From a virus, in IMG/VR virus record IMGVR_UViG_3300046373_000069, positions 1 to 64,000 of that record: DNA of 64,000 nt; one strand, written 5' to 3'. The position numbers were made by a program, and so were the translations under genes. This document shows positions 19,892-28,657 of this stretch, in pieces (positions within the stretch are counted from its first letter, which is position 1; the number at the start of each line of letters is the position of its first letter). The notes under the pieces were generated by a model. The model was not told where the DNA came from. It saw nothing but the letters and a program-made list of their open reading frames with translations, and made no database searches.

Positions 19892-20395
19892 TCAGAGGGC
19901 ACATTTTCGCCTTGACTTCCTAGTGCGTGCTGGGCGGTGGGTGATAGGGTGCCCGATGGGGCGTAGCTGGCATGGATGGACAGGGAGATGGAGACGCTTA
20001 ATCCTTTAGAATCAATGACATGCACCTACTCAGGCAGGCTCGACATTCACGCATCGCATACCTGAAAATGGACCCTTAGGGAACCAAAAGGGGATGGATT
20101 AGAGGCTCCAGAAGGCGTCGAAAGGGCGTGCTGGTAGGTGCACAAGGGACGCCCTCTGATCGTCGCTCCTACGTCATATTTGACCCGCTCTAGTGCTATG
20201 GGCGACCCCGTATGGGCCATGTTTAACCACGTTTGTAAGCCTGTAACATTCTCAAAAGTGCCTATTTGACCCATCTTTTCGTCCACTTTTAGCCTTGTTT
20301 GAGATACTTTTTCATATGATTTCGCACAGCAAAACTACGAAGTGGGCTATCCAAAAATAATTTTTAGAAAATTTCAAGTTTCCTGAAAAGGGCCA

Positions 20396-20424
20396 TTGAC
20401 AGATGCGTTTATAGCCGCTACAAT
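20396..20424 (+). promoter_or_regulatory. sigma70 promoter of recombinase gene
   Basis: TTGACA-17-TACAAT. Confidence 0.8.
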
Positions 20425-20469
20425 GACTGCATCAACTAGCAACTTTGCACACACAAACAGGAGCTTGAA

Positions 20470-21114
20470 ATGACTACTACATATTTTTATACGAGGGTGT
20501 CCCTTGAAGAGCAGACGACAGAGAACCAGAAGCTTGCTGCTAAGGCCGCTGGCCTGACGATTGACGAGTGCTTCACTGACCACGGTGTGTCAGGTGGAGT
20601 GAAGGCTATGGAGCGTCCTGAGTTCGCCCGCATGGCTGCTCTTGTGAAAGCCGGTGACATCCTCGCAGTGAATAGCGTTGATCGCATCGGACGAGACACT
20701 GTGGACGTTCTCTCTACTGTGGAAATGTTCCAAGCTAAGGGTGTCAAGGTGTGTGTTCTCGCCTATGGCAATCTTGATCTTACTAGCGATATGGGTAAGA
20801 TGATATTGACAATCGCAGCAGGCTTCGCAGCCCTAGAGAGGTCGAATCTCCGCACTCGCACAAAGCAAGGCATGGCGCGTACTAAAGCGCAAGGCACGAA
20901 GCTTGGCAGGCCACTCAAGATTACTCCAGACACGCTAGCAGATATTTTGAAGGACAGGGATGCAGGTGTACCGCTGGAAGGGTTGTCTCAAAAATATAAA
21001 ATCCCCCGCAATACCATCCACAAAAATGTTGCTAAGTGGGCTGGTAAAGTGGAGGACTATCGTGTAGAGTACAAAGCTCGTGAAGTGCAGTATGCAGCGT
21101 CTAAACTCAACTAA
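20470..21114 (+). CDS. small serine recombinase (resolvase/invertase family)
   Basis: YTRVS catalytic motif, D.G.SG, RP.F, GD.L.V..VDRIGR, ER...R.RT..G, GRP + C-terminal HTH. Confidence 0.95.
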   Translation: MTTTYFYTRVSLEEQTTENQKLAAKAAGLTIDECFTDHGVSGGVKAMERPEFARMAALVKAGDILAVNSVDRIGRDTVDVLSTVEMFQAKGVKVCVLAYGNLDLTSDMGKMILTIAAGFAALERSNLRTRTKQGMARTKAQGTKLGRPLKITPDTLADILKDRDAGVPLEGLSQKYKIPRNTIHKNVAKWAGKVEDYRVEYKAREVQYAASKLN

Positions 21115-21300
21115 GGAGAAATCATGGAAGTCAATCTAGACATTGAAGAAATTGAAAGGCGTATTTCATTACTGTCGTACCCACACCAAGTTGCTGTAAG
21201 AAATATGGGGAAGCATATTGAGCTTGCAACTGACAGCAAGATAGAGCCGCTTAGTGAACTTGCTGTGTCAATGGTGTTGTACAAGTTGTTGAGGAAATAG

Positions 21301-21326
21301 AAGAAAGCCCGCAAGCGGGCTTTCTT
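21301..21326. terminator. bidirectional terminator between convergent blocks
   Basis: AAGAAAGCCCGC-AA-GCGGGCTTTCTT. Confidence 0.85.
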
Positions 21327-21328
21327 AT

Positions 21329-21586
21329 TCATCCTCGTTGAGCACTCAAAAACTCCAGCCACTCCCCAGCACTCGCCCCACCACCCCTCCAAGCCTGAGC
21401 CTGCTCGGACAGAGGCTCGAAAGCCTCCCAGTACACTTGAGCTTGAGCACGCTCTTCCCGCATCGCGTCGAAGCCTTCCATGAGTTCCTCGAAGATGTCT
21501 CTCTCCACAATAGGCGTCGTAAGAATATGCACAGGCCCATAAGGCTCGCCCTCAGCCGTGTGGCCTTCTACATAGAACTCAGGCAT
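21329..21586 (-). CDS. hypothetical protein
   Basis: last ORF of the - strand block, ends at terminator. Confidence 0.55.
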   Translation of the reverse strand: MPEFYVEGHTAEGEPYGPVHILTTPIVERDIFEELMEGFDAMREERAQAQVYWEAFEPLSEQAQAWRGGGASAGEWLEFLSAQRG

Positions 21587-22045
21587 TCCCCAACCCCGCT
21601 AAGATTCCGCAAAGTTCTCCACACCCTTTGCAGTTCCATTCAATATTCCACCCCTGCACTACTCGATCAGTGCCACATTTGCACTTGGTACTAAAGCTAG
21701 GGGGCGTGTTCTTCACGGGCTGGCTGTCATGGAAATCGAGAGCCATTACGACAGTAGGTTCCTTCGGAGGTTCAGTCATCCCTAGCCACTGTACGTGCCC
21801 ACCCCAATCGCCCTTGAAGGAAATAGATGAGCCATTCTCCATATGGATTGTGTGCACTTTAGGATCACTCATCCTGATCCTCCATTGGGCAGCTACGCCC
21901 ACTGCAAGCAGGCTCATTGTCCTTAAGCTGAGGGCACTGTTTGTGTGCACACTCTCCATCTCGATTCGCTGCACAATACATCAGTACCCTTTCATTCTTG
22001 TATAACTTCCAAGCAGCCTCCGCAGCAGCCCGCTCCGCATCACTT

Positions 22046-22594
22046 TTAGACAGCTTCATAATCCTCCCCCGTACACATCTTCCAAACTTCCTCCATAGTG
22101 TGCTCCCTATCCTTGCCATCCTCGTGGCGCATGAGAAATCCCTTCGGCAGCGTCATCACTGTTGGGATGCCAAGCTTCCAGCCTGCGTAGCCTCCTGCTA
22201 GGTCTGTACCTGTTTGGCCCCCTGAGATGATTTTCTTGATGGGGTAGTAAGCGTGCACGATTTGGAGGATATTGTACACACGTCTGTTCAATCGATCCTG
22301 CTCGTACCCATGTTTAGACCCCGTATAAATTCCGTTACCTGCTACATTGACAGTGAGCGCCGCTGTATCGCGCATACGAAAGTAGAGCCGCCTAGCGCTA
22401 TCAACCCATCTCTCTTCAATTGGTAACTCAAGAAAATGCTCCTCCCCACGCTTCGTAGCAGCTTTCTTCGTCAGCTTCTCTCCAGCCGTTGTGTAGTCTA
22501 CGGCAATGGCAATTGTCAGATCAGCCTCTGTAGCATTCGCCCATGTGCGAGGGGCGTAGCTGGAGGAGGTGTGTTCACGGATTAGAAGTGTCAT
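22046..22594 (-). CDS. SLOG-superfamily protein (putative MoCo-carrier/YpsA-like)
   Basis: KIISGGQTGTD.AG, RT..N...AD.T, VNVAGN motifs. Confidence 0.75.
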   Translation of the reverse strand: MTLLIREHTSSSYAPRTWANATEADLTIAIAVDYTTAGEKLTKKAATKRGEEHFLELPIEERWVDSARRLYFRMRDTAALTVNVAGNGIYTGSKHGYEQDRLNRRVYNILQIVHAYYPIKKIISGGQTGTDLAGGYAGWKLGIPTVMTLPKGFLMRHEDGKDREHTMEEVWKMCTGEDYEAV

Positions 22595-23220
22595 TGGTGC
22601 CCTTTCTTAACAGACGTATCATTCCTCTCAAGATTCCTCTCCACCATCTCCCAATCGTAGTCGAACAGATAGTTGTGAGCATTCCCGAGTAAGTTGTATT
22701 TGTTCTTCGAGACAGACACTTTAGCAAATGTGCGAAGACCCGGATGTATGACCTTAGCAACCCTGTGAACAATTGTGTTATCTACGCCAATCAACGAGCC
22801 ATTGGGGTACGTCTTGATATTCCCCACTCCGGCCTGTGCTTCCATTTCCCGCATAGATTGTGTGTGGTCGTCACTCAACACAAACTCTTGGTTGACACAA
22901 AATTCTGTAGGGTTGCTGTCGCTCCACAGGTAGTTCTTGTCTTCTGTGCCAAACCCATCAATGTGCCAACCTGAACGATTGTAGTTGCTGTCCGGGCTGA
23001 CGAACATTCGCTTCGCACTAAGGTAGATATACGAATAGAAATCAGCTCCGCTCCGCATGACAGCATTTATCAGAGGCCGGAAGCATTCCAGATTATGAGG
23101 CAACCGAACGTCTTCACGCGGCATAGCAACGGGCATGTCCTGCACGAACATCATCTCTTCACAGTCAATGTCAAAGTTGCCCAGAATATCAGGCTCCCTG
23201 CTGTAGATAGTACGCTTCAT
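22591..23220 (-). CDS. 2OG-Fe(II) oxygenase-like protein
   Basis: R.GWHIDG (HxD), distal HR, RTF; start at ATG 23220. Confidence 0.65.
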   Translation of the reverse strand: MKRTIYSREPDILGNFDIDCEEMMFVQDMPVAMPREDVRLPHNLECFRPLINAVMRSGADFYSYIYLSAKRMFVSPDSNYNRSGWHIDGFGTEDKNYLWSDSNPTEFCVNQEFVLSDDHTQSMREMEAQAGVGNIKTYPNGSLIGVDNTIVHRVAKVIHPGLRTFAKVSVSKNKYNLLGNAHNYLFDYDWEMVERNLERNDTSVKKGHQ

Positions 23221-23850
23221 ATCACCCCCTCCACCCAGCAAACACCTTAACAGCATCCCTAGCACTAAGCCCCATATCGTAATACTCCCACCAATATTCC
23301 TTATTCAAGTCGTGATAGGTTTGCAGCCAATCCTCGACAGGGAGGCTCGTGATGATGTAGTAGTAGAGTTGGCTGAGCCAAGATTCGTAGTGTGTTGTGT
23401 ATGTTTTCATTATTGTGGCCCATATATATCAACCATGAATTTATTGAAAGTTTCCAATCGCTCAGCCACCACAGCAGCAGCCTCTTCTATTTCGCCTTGA
23501 CCGTGTGGTGAGCAGTAGTCGAATTGCATAAGTGCCCTCTCGTGTGCACGGCAGGCATCGCCATAAAAGCTGAGCAGAATATTCAGTAACTCATCCATCA
23601 CAACATCCCCTTGCATACAATAACCTCCCCAGTAAACACAGCAATAAAATTAGTAAGCTCCCAAGCAGACAGGTGCGCAGGCACTTGATGACGGCTCCCT
23701 AGCAGATGGCGCAGCTTCTCAAACAACACTTGCTCTTCGCTCTTCACAGGCTTGCCAAGCGTTGCCGATTCGTTTTTCATAACGTTCTCTCTAAGATAAG
23801 AAAAAAGCCACACAACCCTGTTAGGAGTCCATGTGGCTATATTACTGCGT

Positions 23851-24582
23851 TTACTTTGTTGTGTCTACTGTTTTCTTTACGCGCTTGGCCCTAGCAGGCT
23901 TCTTATCTTCCTTAACAGCTTCCTGCTCAGCCGCTTCTCGTGCAGCAATCTCTGCTTCAATGGCTGCAATGATGGCTTCCTCATCGTCCTCTTGCTGGCC
24001 TTCGCGATCTGCTGCGAGCAACTCAGAGCGCTTCTCATAACGCTCTACAAACTCATCCTTCGACATGTAGAAGTCAGTGCCAGTAAGCATGCGTTCGATT
24101 TCCTCGGTGCTGAAGAAGTGCTTATACATATCACGCAGAAGACGCTTGCTAGACTTTAGAGTATGCTCCACATGCTTCTCCACGTTCCAGCCGCTACCTC
24201 CACTGCCGAACGAGACATTGTGGCACATGATGGTGCTGTACTCGTTCATAGAGATGCTGTCCGCACGCATCAACAGGAACGTGCCAGCAGAGGCCACGTC
24301 AGAACAAGCGTTGACGTGCACGTGCGCGTGAGTGTCCTGCATAGCACCAAGCAGAGGCAGTACTGCGTGTAGTGCACCACCACATGTAGTCAGGTTCAAT
24401 TGGAAGCTGTCATACTCTGTGGCATGCTCCATAGCGTTGACGATGTAGGCAAACTGGCGAGGGTGTACGAACGTCTCGTCAATGTCTACGCGGTATTCGA
24501 TACCAGCAGGCTTTGCGGTTAGCATAAAAGGCTCGATGCTGCTTGCACAGTCGTCGTAGGAGTTAGTTGGTTTGGTGTTCAT
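23851..24582 (-). CDS. ClpP-like protease subunit
   Basis: LTTCGG, VASAGTFL (Ser), IMCH (His), D.YMS motifs. Confidence 0.8.
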   Translation of the reverse strand: MNTKPTNSYDDCASSIEPFMLTAKPAGIEYRVDIDETFVHPRQFAYIVNAMEHATEYDSFQLNLTTCGGALHAVLPLLGAMQDTHAHVHVNACSDVASAGTFLLMRADSISMNEYSTIMCHNVSFGSGGSGWNVEKHVEHTLKSSKRLLRDMYKHFFSTEEIERMLTGTDFYMSKDEFVERYEKRSELLAADREGQQEDDEEAIIAAIEAEIAAREAAEQEAVKEDKKPARAKRVKKTVDTTK

Positions 24583-25351
24583 TGGAAGCCTTTACTTTAC
24601 GTGGGTGTCCGTGCTCAGGTTTGTAGCCTGCACCAGCGGCATTCATTTCGTTAATCATCTGTTGTCGATACTCAACAGCCATACGCTTGGCTTCTTCTGT
24701 TCCGTACTTTAAAGCCGAGAAAGACTTCTCACGACGTTTTCCTGTTTTACTGTCCGCCCAATAGGCTGCGAAGCTAACAAGCCCGTTGCGGTGTTTCTTG
24801 GAAACGCCTGTTACACCTGATGTGTTGTTCTCCTGCATGCCACGATTTCGTGCCTGTTCAGTCCAAACTTCCCACTTACAGTTGATGGGAGAATAGTCCT
24901 CGTCGTTATTTTGTCGTCCCACAGTCCAGAGATGGTTGCCTTCCGGTGCTCTGCCCATGTCGCCCAAGAACGTTTCGTAACTGTCGCGCCACTCATCACA
25001 GACTTCAATGCCCCTCTCTCCGTAGTATGAGTAAGTCTCTTTAGAGTCGTTGTAGCAGCGCGCCTTCATGGCTTTCCAAGCTTGGTGCTCCTTGCTACCG
25101 CTGTCCCCATGAGTCGTGTTACGATCAACGCAAACCTTGACAGCAGACTCTTTCTGAGCACAACCGCAAGACTGGACACTACCACTAACAAGCCCTGCGA
25201 GGCGTGCCGAGTACACGGTGCCACAAGAGCATCGTACCGTCGCTACACGCACGTTCACCCCATTAACACTCAGACTAGGCAGTTCCTCAACTACCGTCAG
25301 CCGCCCGAATACCTTTCCTGTGTGATCTTCTCGTTTATAGATTCGAGGCAT
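24563..25351 (-). CDS. HNH-AP2 homing endonuclease
   Basis: FGRLTV, CSCG, SCGC, MKARCY, YG.RGI.VC.EW, NTSGVTGV, FS..KYG. Confidence 0.85.
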   Translation of the reverse strand: MPRIYKREDHTGKVFGRLTVVEELPSLSVNGVNVRVATVRCSCGTVYSARLAGLVSGSVQSCGCAQKESAVKVCVDRNTTHGDSGSKEHQAWKAMKARCYNDSKETYSYYGERGIEVCDEWRDSYETFLGDMGRAPEGNHLWTVGRQNNDEDYSPINCKWEVWTEQARNRGMQENNTSGVTGVSKKHRNGLVSFAAYWADSKTGKRREKSFSALKYGTEEAKRMAVEYRQQMINEMNAAGAGYKPEHGHPRKVKASNEHQTN

Positions 25352-25358
25352 AACACTC

Positions 25359-26123
25359 CTACTGGTAGTAATACATTTTCACAAATGCCCGCGTCAGGCC
25401 ATCACGCACGCAATCTTCAGGAGTAAACTGAACTACACCAATCATATCTTCCAAGGCGTCCAAGTCTTCGTCGGACATCCCCTTCGGTGCGTTATCAATT
25501 GTGCTATCAATAAGGGCGATAGTGGAGACAAGGCCGCTGCCGCCACGGAGGTCATTCTGCTTGTGGTCGCCCGTAAAGATGAATGTACAGTTGCGGCCAA
25601 GGCGCGTAAGCACCATTTCAAGGTCGCTATCAGTGAAGTTCTGAGCTTCTTCGATAAGCACGATAGCATCCTCAAAGGAGCGCCCACGAAGATACTCACC
25701 AGACTTAAGCTCGACATCACCCGCAGCGAGAGCATGCTCAAGAGCGCCCTTGCCCATAAACTTCTCAAGGTGGATAAGTGTTTGTGCAAAGTATGGGGAC
25801 AGCTTCTCAAACTCCGTACCGGGTAGAAGGCCAACAGACTTACCAGTGGCTACAGCAGGGCGCACAAGGTAAATCTTATCAATCACCTTAGCCTTGTACT
25901 GGGTCGCAGCCCACCAAGCAGCGAGCATACTCTTGCCAGTCCCTGCTGAGCCTTGCATGAAGAGAATCTTCACACCTTTACGCAGCAGAGACACGGCAAG
26001 CTTCTGGTTCTCTGTAGCAGGGACAAACTTGGGCACCTTCTCGGGGGCAGTGGCTTCGCTGATGATAAATTTCTCTTTCACAGGAGGCTTCTCACCACGC
26101 ACAATCTTCTCTTTACGGCGCAT
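25359..26123 (-). CDS. phoH: PhoH-family ATPase
   Basis: GSAGTGKS, RPAV, G.LPG, YLRGRSF, EEAQN, TRLG, GD..Q.D. Confidence 0.95.
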   Translation of the reverse strand: MRRKEKIVRGEKPPVKEKFIISEATAPEKVPKFVPATENQKLAVSLLRKGVKILFMQGSAGTGKSMLAAWWAATQYKAKVIDKIYLVRPAVATGKSVGLLPGTEFEKLSPYFAQTLIHLEKFMGKGALEHALAAGDVELKSGEYLRGRSFEDAIVLIEEAQNFTDSDLEMVLTRLGRNCTFIFTGDHKQNDLRGGSGLVSTIALIDSTIDNAPKGMSDEDLDALEDMIGVVQFTPEDCVRDGLTRAFVKMYYYQ

Positions 26124-26132
26124 ATTGTTCCT

Positions 26133-26429
26133 TTATTCTTCGACAGGTGCTTTGGCAGGCTCGGATTCTTTTTTAGTTTTCGGCTTAGGACCACGGGTAT
26201 GTTTGTGCTGCGGCTTAGCTTCTACTGGTGCTACGGGTTGCTGCACAGGCACCACCTCCGCGACTTCAGGCTCCGAAGCACGTTCACGTTCAAACGTCAC
26301 AGTGTACTCACCAGCACTGTAGTCAGGGCCGCTCTTAATGGAGTAGCCATCTTTGGTGCGCTGCTGGATCTCAGCCGTCAAAGACTCTAGAGTGGCGGTA
26401 GAGAACTCTTGGGTTTGCTTATTGCTCAT
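26133..26429 (-). CDS. hypothetical protein
   Basis: ATG 26429 with AGGA RBS. Confidence 0.6.
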   Translation of the reverse strand: MSNKQTQEFSTATLESLTAEIQQRTKDGYSIKSGPDYSAGEYTVTFERERASEPEVAEVVPVQQPVAPVEAKPQHKHTRGPKPKTKKESEPAKAPVEE

Positions 26430-26536
26430 AAGGGGATTCCTGTGGTTGGTAATAGGATGGCACGAAGTAGATGCTGAAATGCATATCTTCCGCTGCCTCT
26501 TTGCTTCTATTTCAAGTACGAATTTGTCGAGGTCGC

Positions 26537-26758
26537 TCATGCCTTGCCTCCGGGGATGGCGATGAGTAGTGTAGGGACGAAAATTTTGTCGTCGTTCTCA
26601 GGCACTTCGATAAACAAGTTTTCCATCACGGTGTCACGGAATAGCTGGACATCTTCTTCGGTGACGCCCTCTGGGTCGATACCGATCTTAGCGGATACCT
26701 TACGAAGCGAACCGTTACAGTCCTTGTTGTAGCCTGACAGAATTGCTGTGTGTGACAT
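26537..26758 (-). CDS. hypothetical protein
   Basis: TAAGGA RBS, first gene after leftward promoters. Confidence 0.6.
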   Translation of the reverse strand: MSHTAILSGYNKDCNGSLRKVSAKIGIDPEGVTEEDVQLFRDTVMENLFIEVPENDDKIFVPTLLIAIPGGKA

Positions 26759-26789
26759 TGCGAGTCCTTACGATTGTTGTGGAGAACTC

Positions 26790-26979
26790 ATTGTGCCCGA
26801 ACGAAATGTTGCTGTCAAGAAGAATCTTGGAAGGATGTTGCTAGGGGTGTTGTAAGGAAGATAAGACTGAGGTTGTGTAGCGAAACTTCTAGAATTATTA
26901 TTGCACGAGGTAGCTCATCTGTCAAGGGGGTTGCTGCAAATAAATTTTGCTTGACAAAACACATAGGTCATGGTAAGAT
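26790..26979. promoter_or_regulatory. divergent sigma70 promoter region
   Basis: leftward TTGACA at 26818 and 26925 (17-bp spacers to CACAAT, AATAAT); rightward TTGACA-17-TAAGAT at 26951-26979. Confidence 0.75.
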
Positions 26980-27007
26980 AGCAGTTATTAGAGACATAGG
27001 AGAGATT

Positions 27008-27331
27008 GTGGGAGTCCATTTAAAGGAAAAACCACTGTCCTTCCGGCGCAAGAACAAGCACGAACTTAACCAACTCCTCAAAGACCTTAAGGACGAGGGT
27101 GCTAAGGCGTTGGCGAGGATGGTGGCACTAGCAGAGAGTTCTAAGGATGAAAAGATCAAGCTCAACACTGATAAGGCTATTGTTGAGATGCTGATCGAGG
27201 TTGCAGACATCATCAATAAGGATGATACTACGCGGACGCTGGGTGAGTTTAAGTATAACAAGGATGGCCCGAGGGAGTTGGAAGAGGATGATACGCCTCA
27301 GATCGACTTCAACGAGATTCAGGATGTTTAG
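27008..27331 (+). CDS. hypothetical protein, possible terminase small subunit
   Basis: GTG start with AGGAG RBS; helical and charged; first gene of the block leading to terL (position only). Confidence 0.45.
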   Translation: MGVHLKEKPLSFRRKNKHELNQLLKDLKDEGAKALARMVALAESSKDEKIKLNTDKAIVEMLIEVADIINKDDTTRTLGEFKYNKDGPRELEEDDTPQIDFNEIQDV

Positions 27332-27340
27332 TAGAGACAA

Positions 27341-27415
27341 GCTGATATAGCCGAACGGTAAGGCAACGCCCTTGTAAGGCGGAGATTCTGGGTTCAACTC
27401 CTAGTATCAGCACCA
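27341..27415 (+). tRNA. tRNA-Thr(TGT)
   Basis: GCTGATA/TATCAGC acceptor, CGCC-CTTGTAA-GGCG anticodon arm, GGTTCAACTCC T-arm, encoded CCA. Confidence 0.93.
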
Positions 27416-27419
27416 AGTT

Positions 27420-27850
27420 TTGCAGTTGAGCGAAACGCTAGTAAGTGGTGATGCGGGTGGCAGACGCCATCGTTAAATTTCGGAGCGCATTTTAAAAAGG
27501 TTGTGTCCGGCCCACTGCAAATTCAACAACGCGAGAGGTACGCCCATAAAGAGTTCTCTAGGCTTAAGTAACTACGAGGAACTAATATAGAGTTGGAAAT
27601 GCTCTATCTCGCTCCAAACATGGCAATACGGCGGCAACCAGAGCGTCCCTATTCGCCATACCTTCTCTGAGTATCGCTACCAGAGGAACCACCAAATCCA
27701 GCTTGCACTGGTCGTTCGCTTGGCGTCACAGGCTGCTCGCGGGTAAGCCGCCCCTATTTTAAGAATTTCCTGTTCGGGGAATTTGTGGAGAGGGGGGTGA
27801 ACATTGCACCCTCACCGTGCGTTTGCAGGCAAGGGTGGCTGCGCACACCA
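27420..27850 (+). ncRNA. cluster of structured, partly tRNA-like non-coding elements
   Basis: ORF-free; closing stems TTGCAGT/ACTGCAA and GCGAGA/TCTCGC-T-CCA; further hairpins ending in CCA. Confidence 0.5.
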
Positions 27851-27851
27851 A

Positions 27852-28580
27852 TTACAGGCCGTGGTTTTCCGAATAACCCGCGCCTAGTTTCTCATTAACC
27901 ATATCCAACATCGCCTCTCGCCATTCGCAAGCAAGGCGGAACGCCTCGTCGTTTCCAAACTTGTTGATCGAGAAAGACTTGTTCATCTCTTCAAGCGTGA
28001 CTGGGTGAGAAACCCTAGCCATCCAGCAAGGATGCTTTGACGTGCGGTTAATTAGATTGACGCCCGTAACACCTGAAGTGTTGTTTTTGTACTTCCGTTG
28101 GTTTCTGGCTTGTGTGGCTTTCGTAGCCCACCGGACGTTAGACGGCTCGTAGTTCCCGTCATTTTTCTCGCGGTCTAGTGTGGCTTCTGGAAACGGACGT
28201 TCTCCAACGTCATTTAAGAACTGCTCAAAAGACGATGCCCATTCGTCGCACATCGTGATACCCCTGCCTCCATACCTAGGATATGCGGGGGATTTCTCGT
28301 TGAAGCAGCGTTTCTTAATGTCGTTGTAGACACCATAAAGTTCATGGTTAGACAGGCCGTGTGTTGTGTTACATGTTTTACCAACGGTACTTGCTACCTC
28401 TTTTTGCAAGCACCCGCAAGACTTCGTATTACCTGCCATTAGTGTGCTGCCTACAACCACCGCGCTGCGTCCACAGGAACACTCACATACCCATGTGTAG
28501 TTGTTTCCTCGCTTTTCTCCACGTTCAAGTACCGTCAATCTTCCAAAAGTCTGACCGACCAATTGCAAAGGGCTCCCCAT
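27852..28580 (-). CDS. HNH-AP2 homing endonuclease
   Basis: same motif set as 24563-25351, TLDR..ND.NYEP.N.RW; own leftward promoter about 28610-28640. Confidence 0.88.
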   Translation of the reverse strand: MGSPLQLVGQTFGRLTVLERGEKRGNNYTWVCECSCGRSAVVVGSTLMAGNTKSCGCLQKEVASTVGKTCNTTHGLSNHELYGVYNDIKKRCFNEKSPAYPRYGGRGITMCDEWASSFEQFLNDVGERPFPEATLDREKNDGNYEPSNVRWATKATQARNQRKYKNNTSGVTGVNLINRTSKHPCWMARVSHPVTLEEMNKSFSINKFGNDEAFRLACEWREAMLDMVNEKLGAGYSENHGL

Positions 28581-28657
28581 ATTCACTCCTCATTTATGTT
28601 TACTTATATAAGTATATCATAACAGGTGCCGTTTGTCAAGGGCTAAGAAAGATAATA

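Noticed and set aside
20235-20247. matS or CpxR site GTAAGCCTGTAAC
   Set aside because: Not the GTGAC-N3-GTCAC palindrome; the 8-bp repeat offset does not fit CpxR
20047-20286. 79-aa - strand ORF in the operator region
   Set aside because: GTG start without RBS, no recognisable features, overlaps res-like DNA
20470-21114. Integrase implying lysogeny
   Set aside because: Lacks the large recombinase and zinc-ribbon domains; no repressor module or att/host junction in the window
28361-28657. 99-aa N-terminal extension of TerL in the ORF track
   Set aside because: Overlaps the antisense HNH gene and its promoter; ATG 28658 fits the terminase motifs
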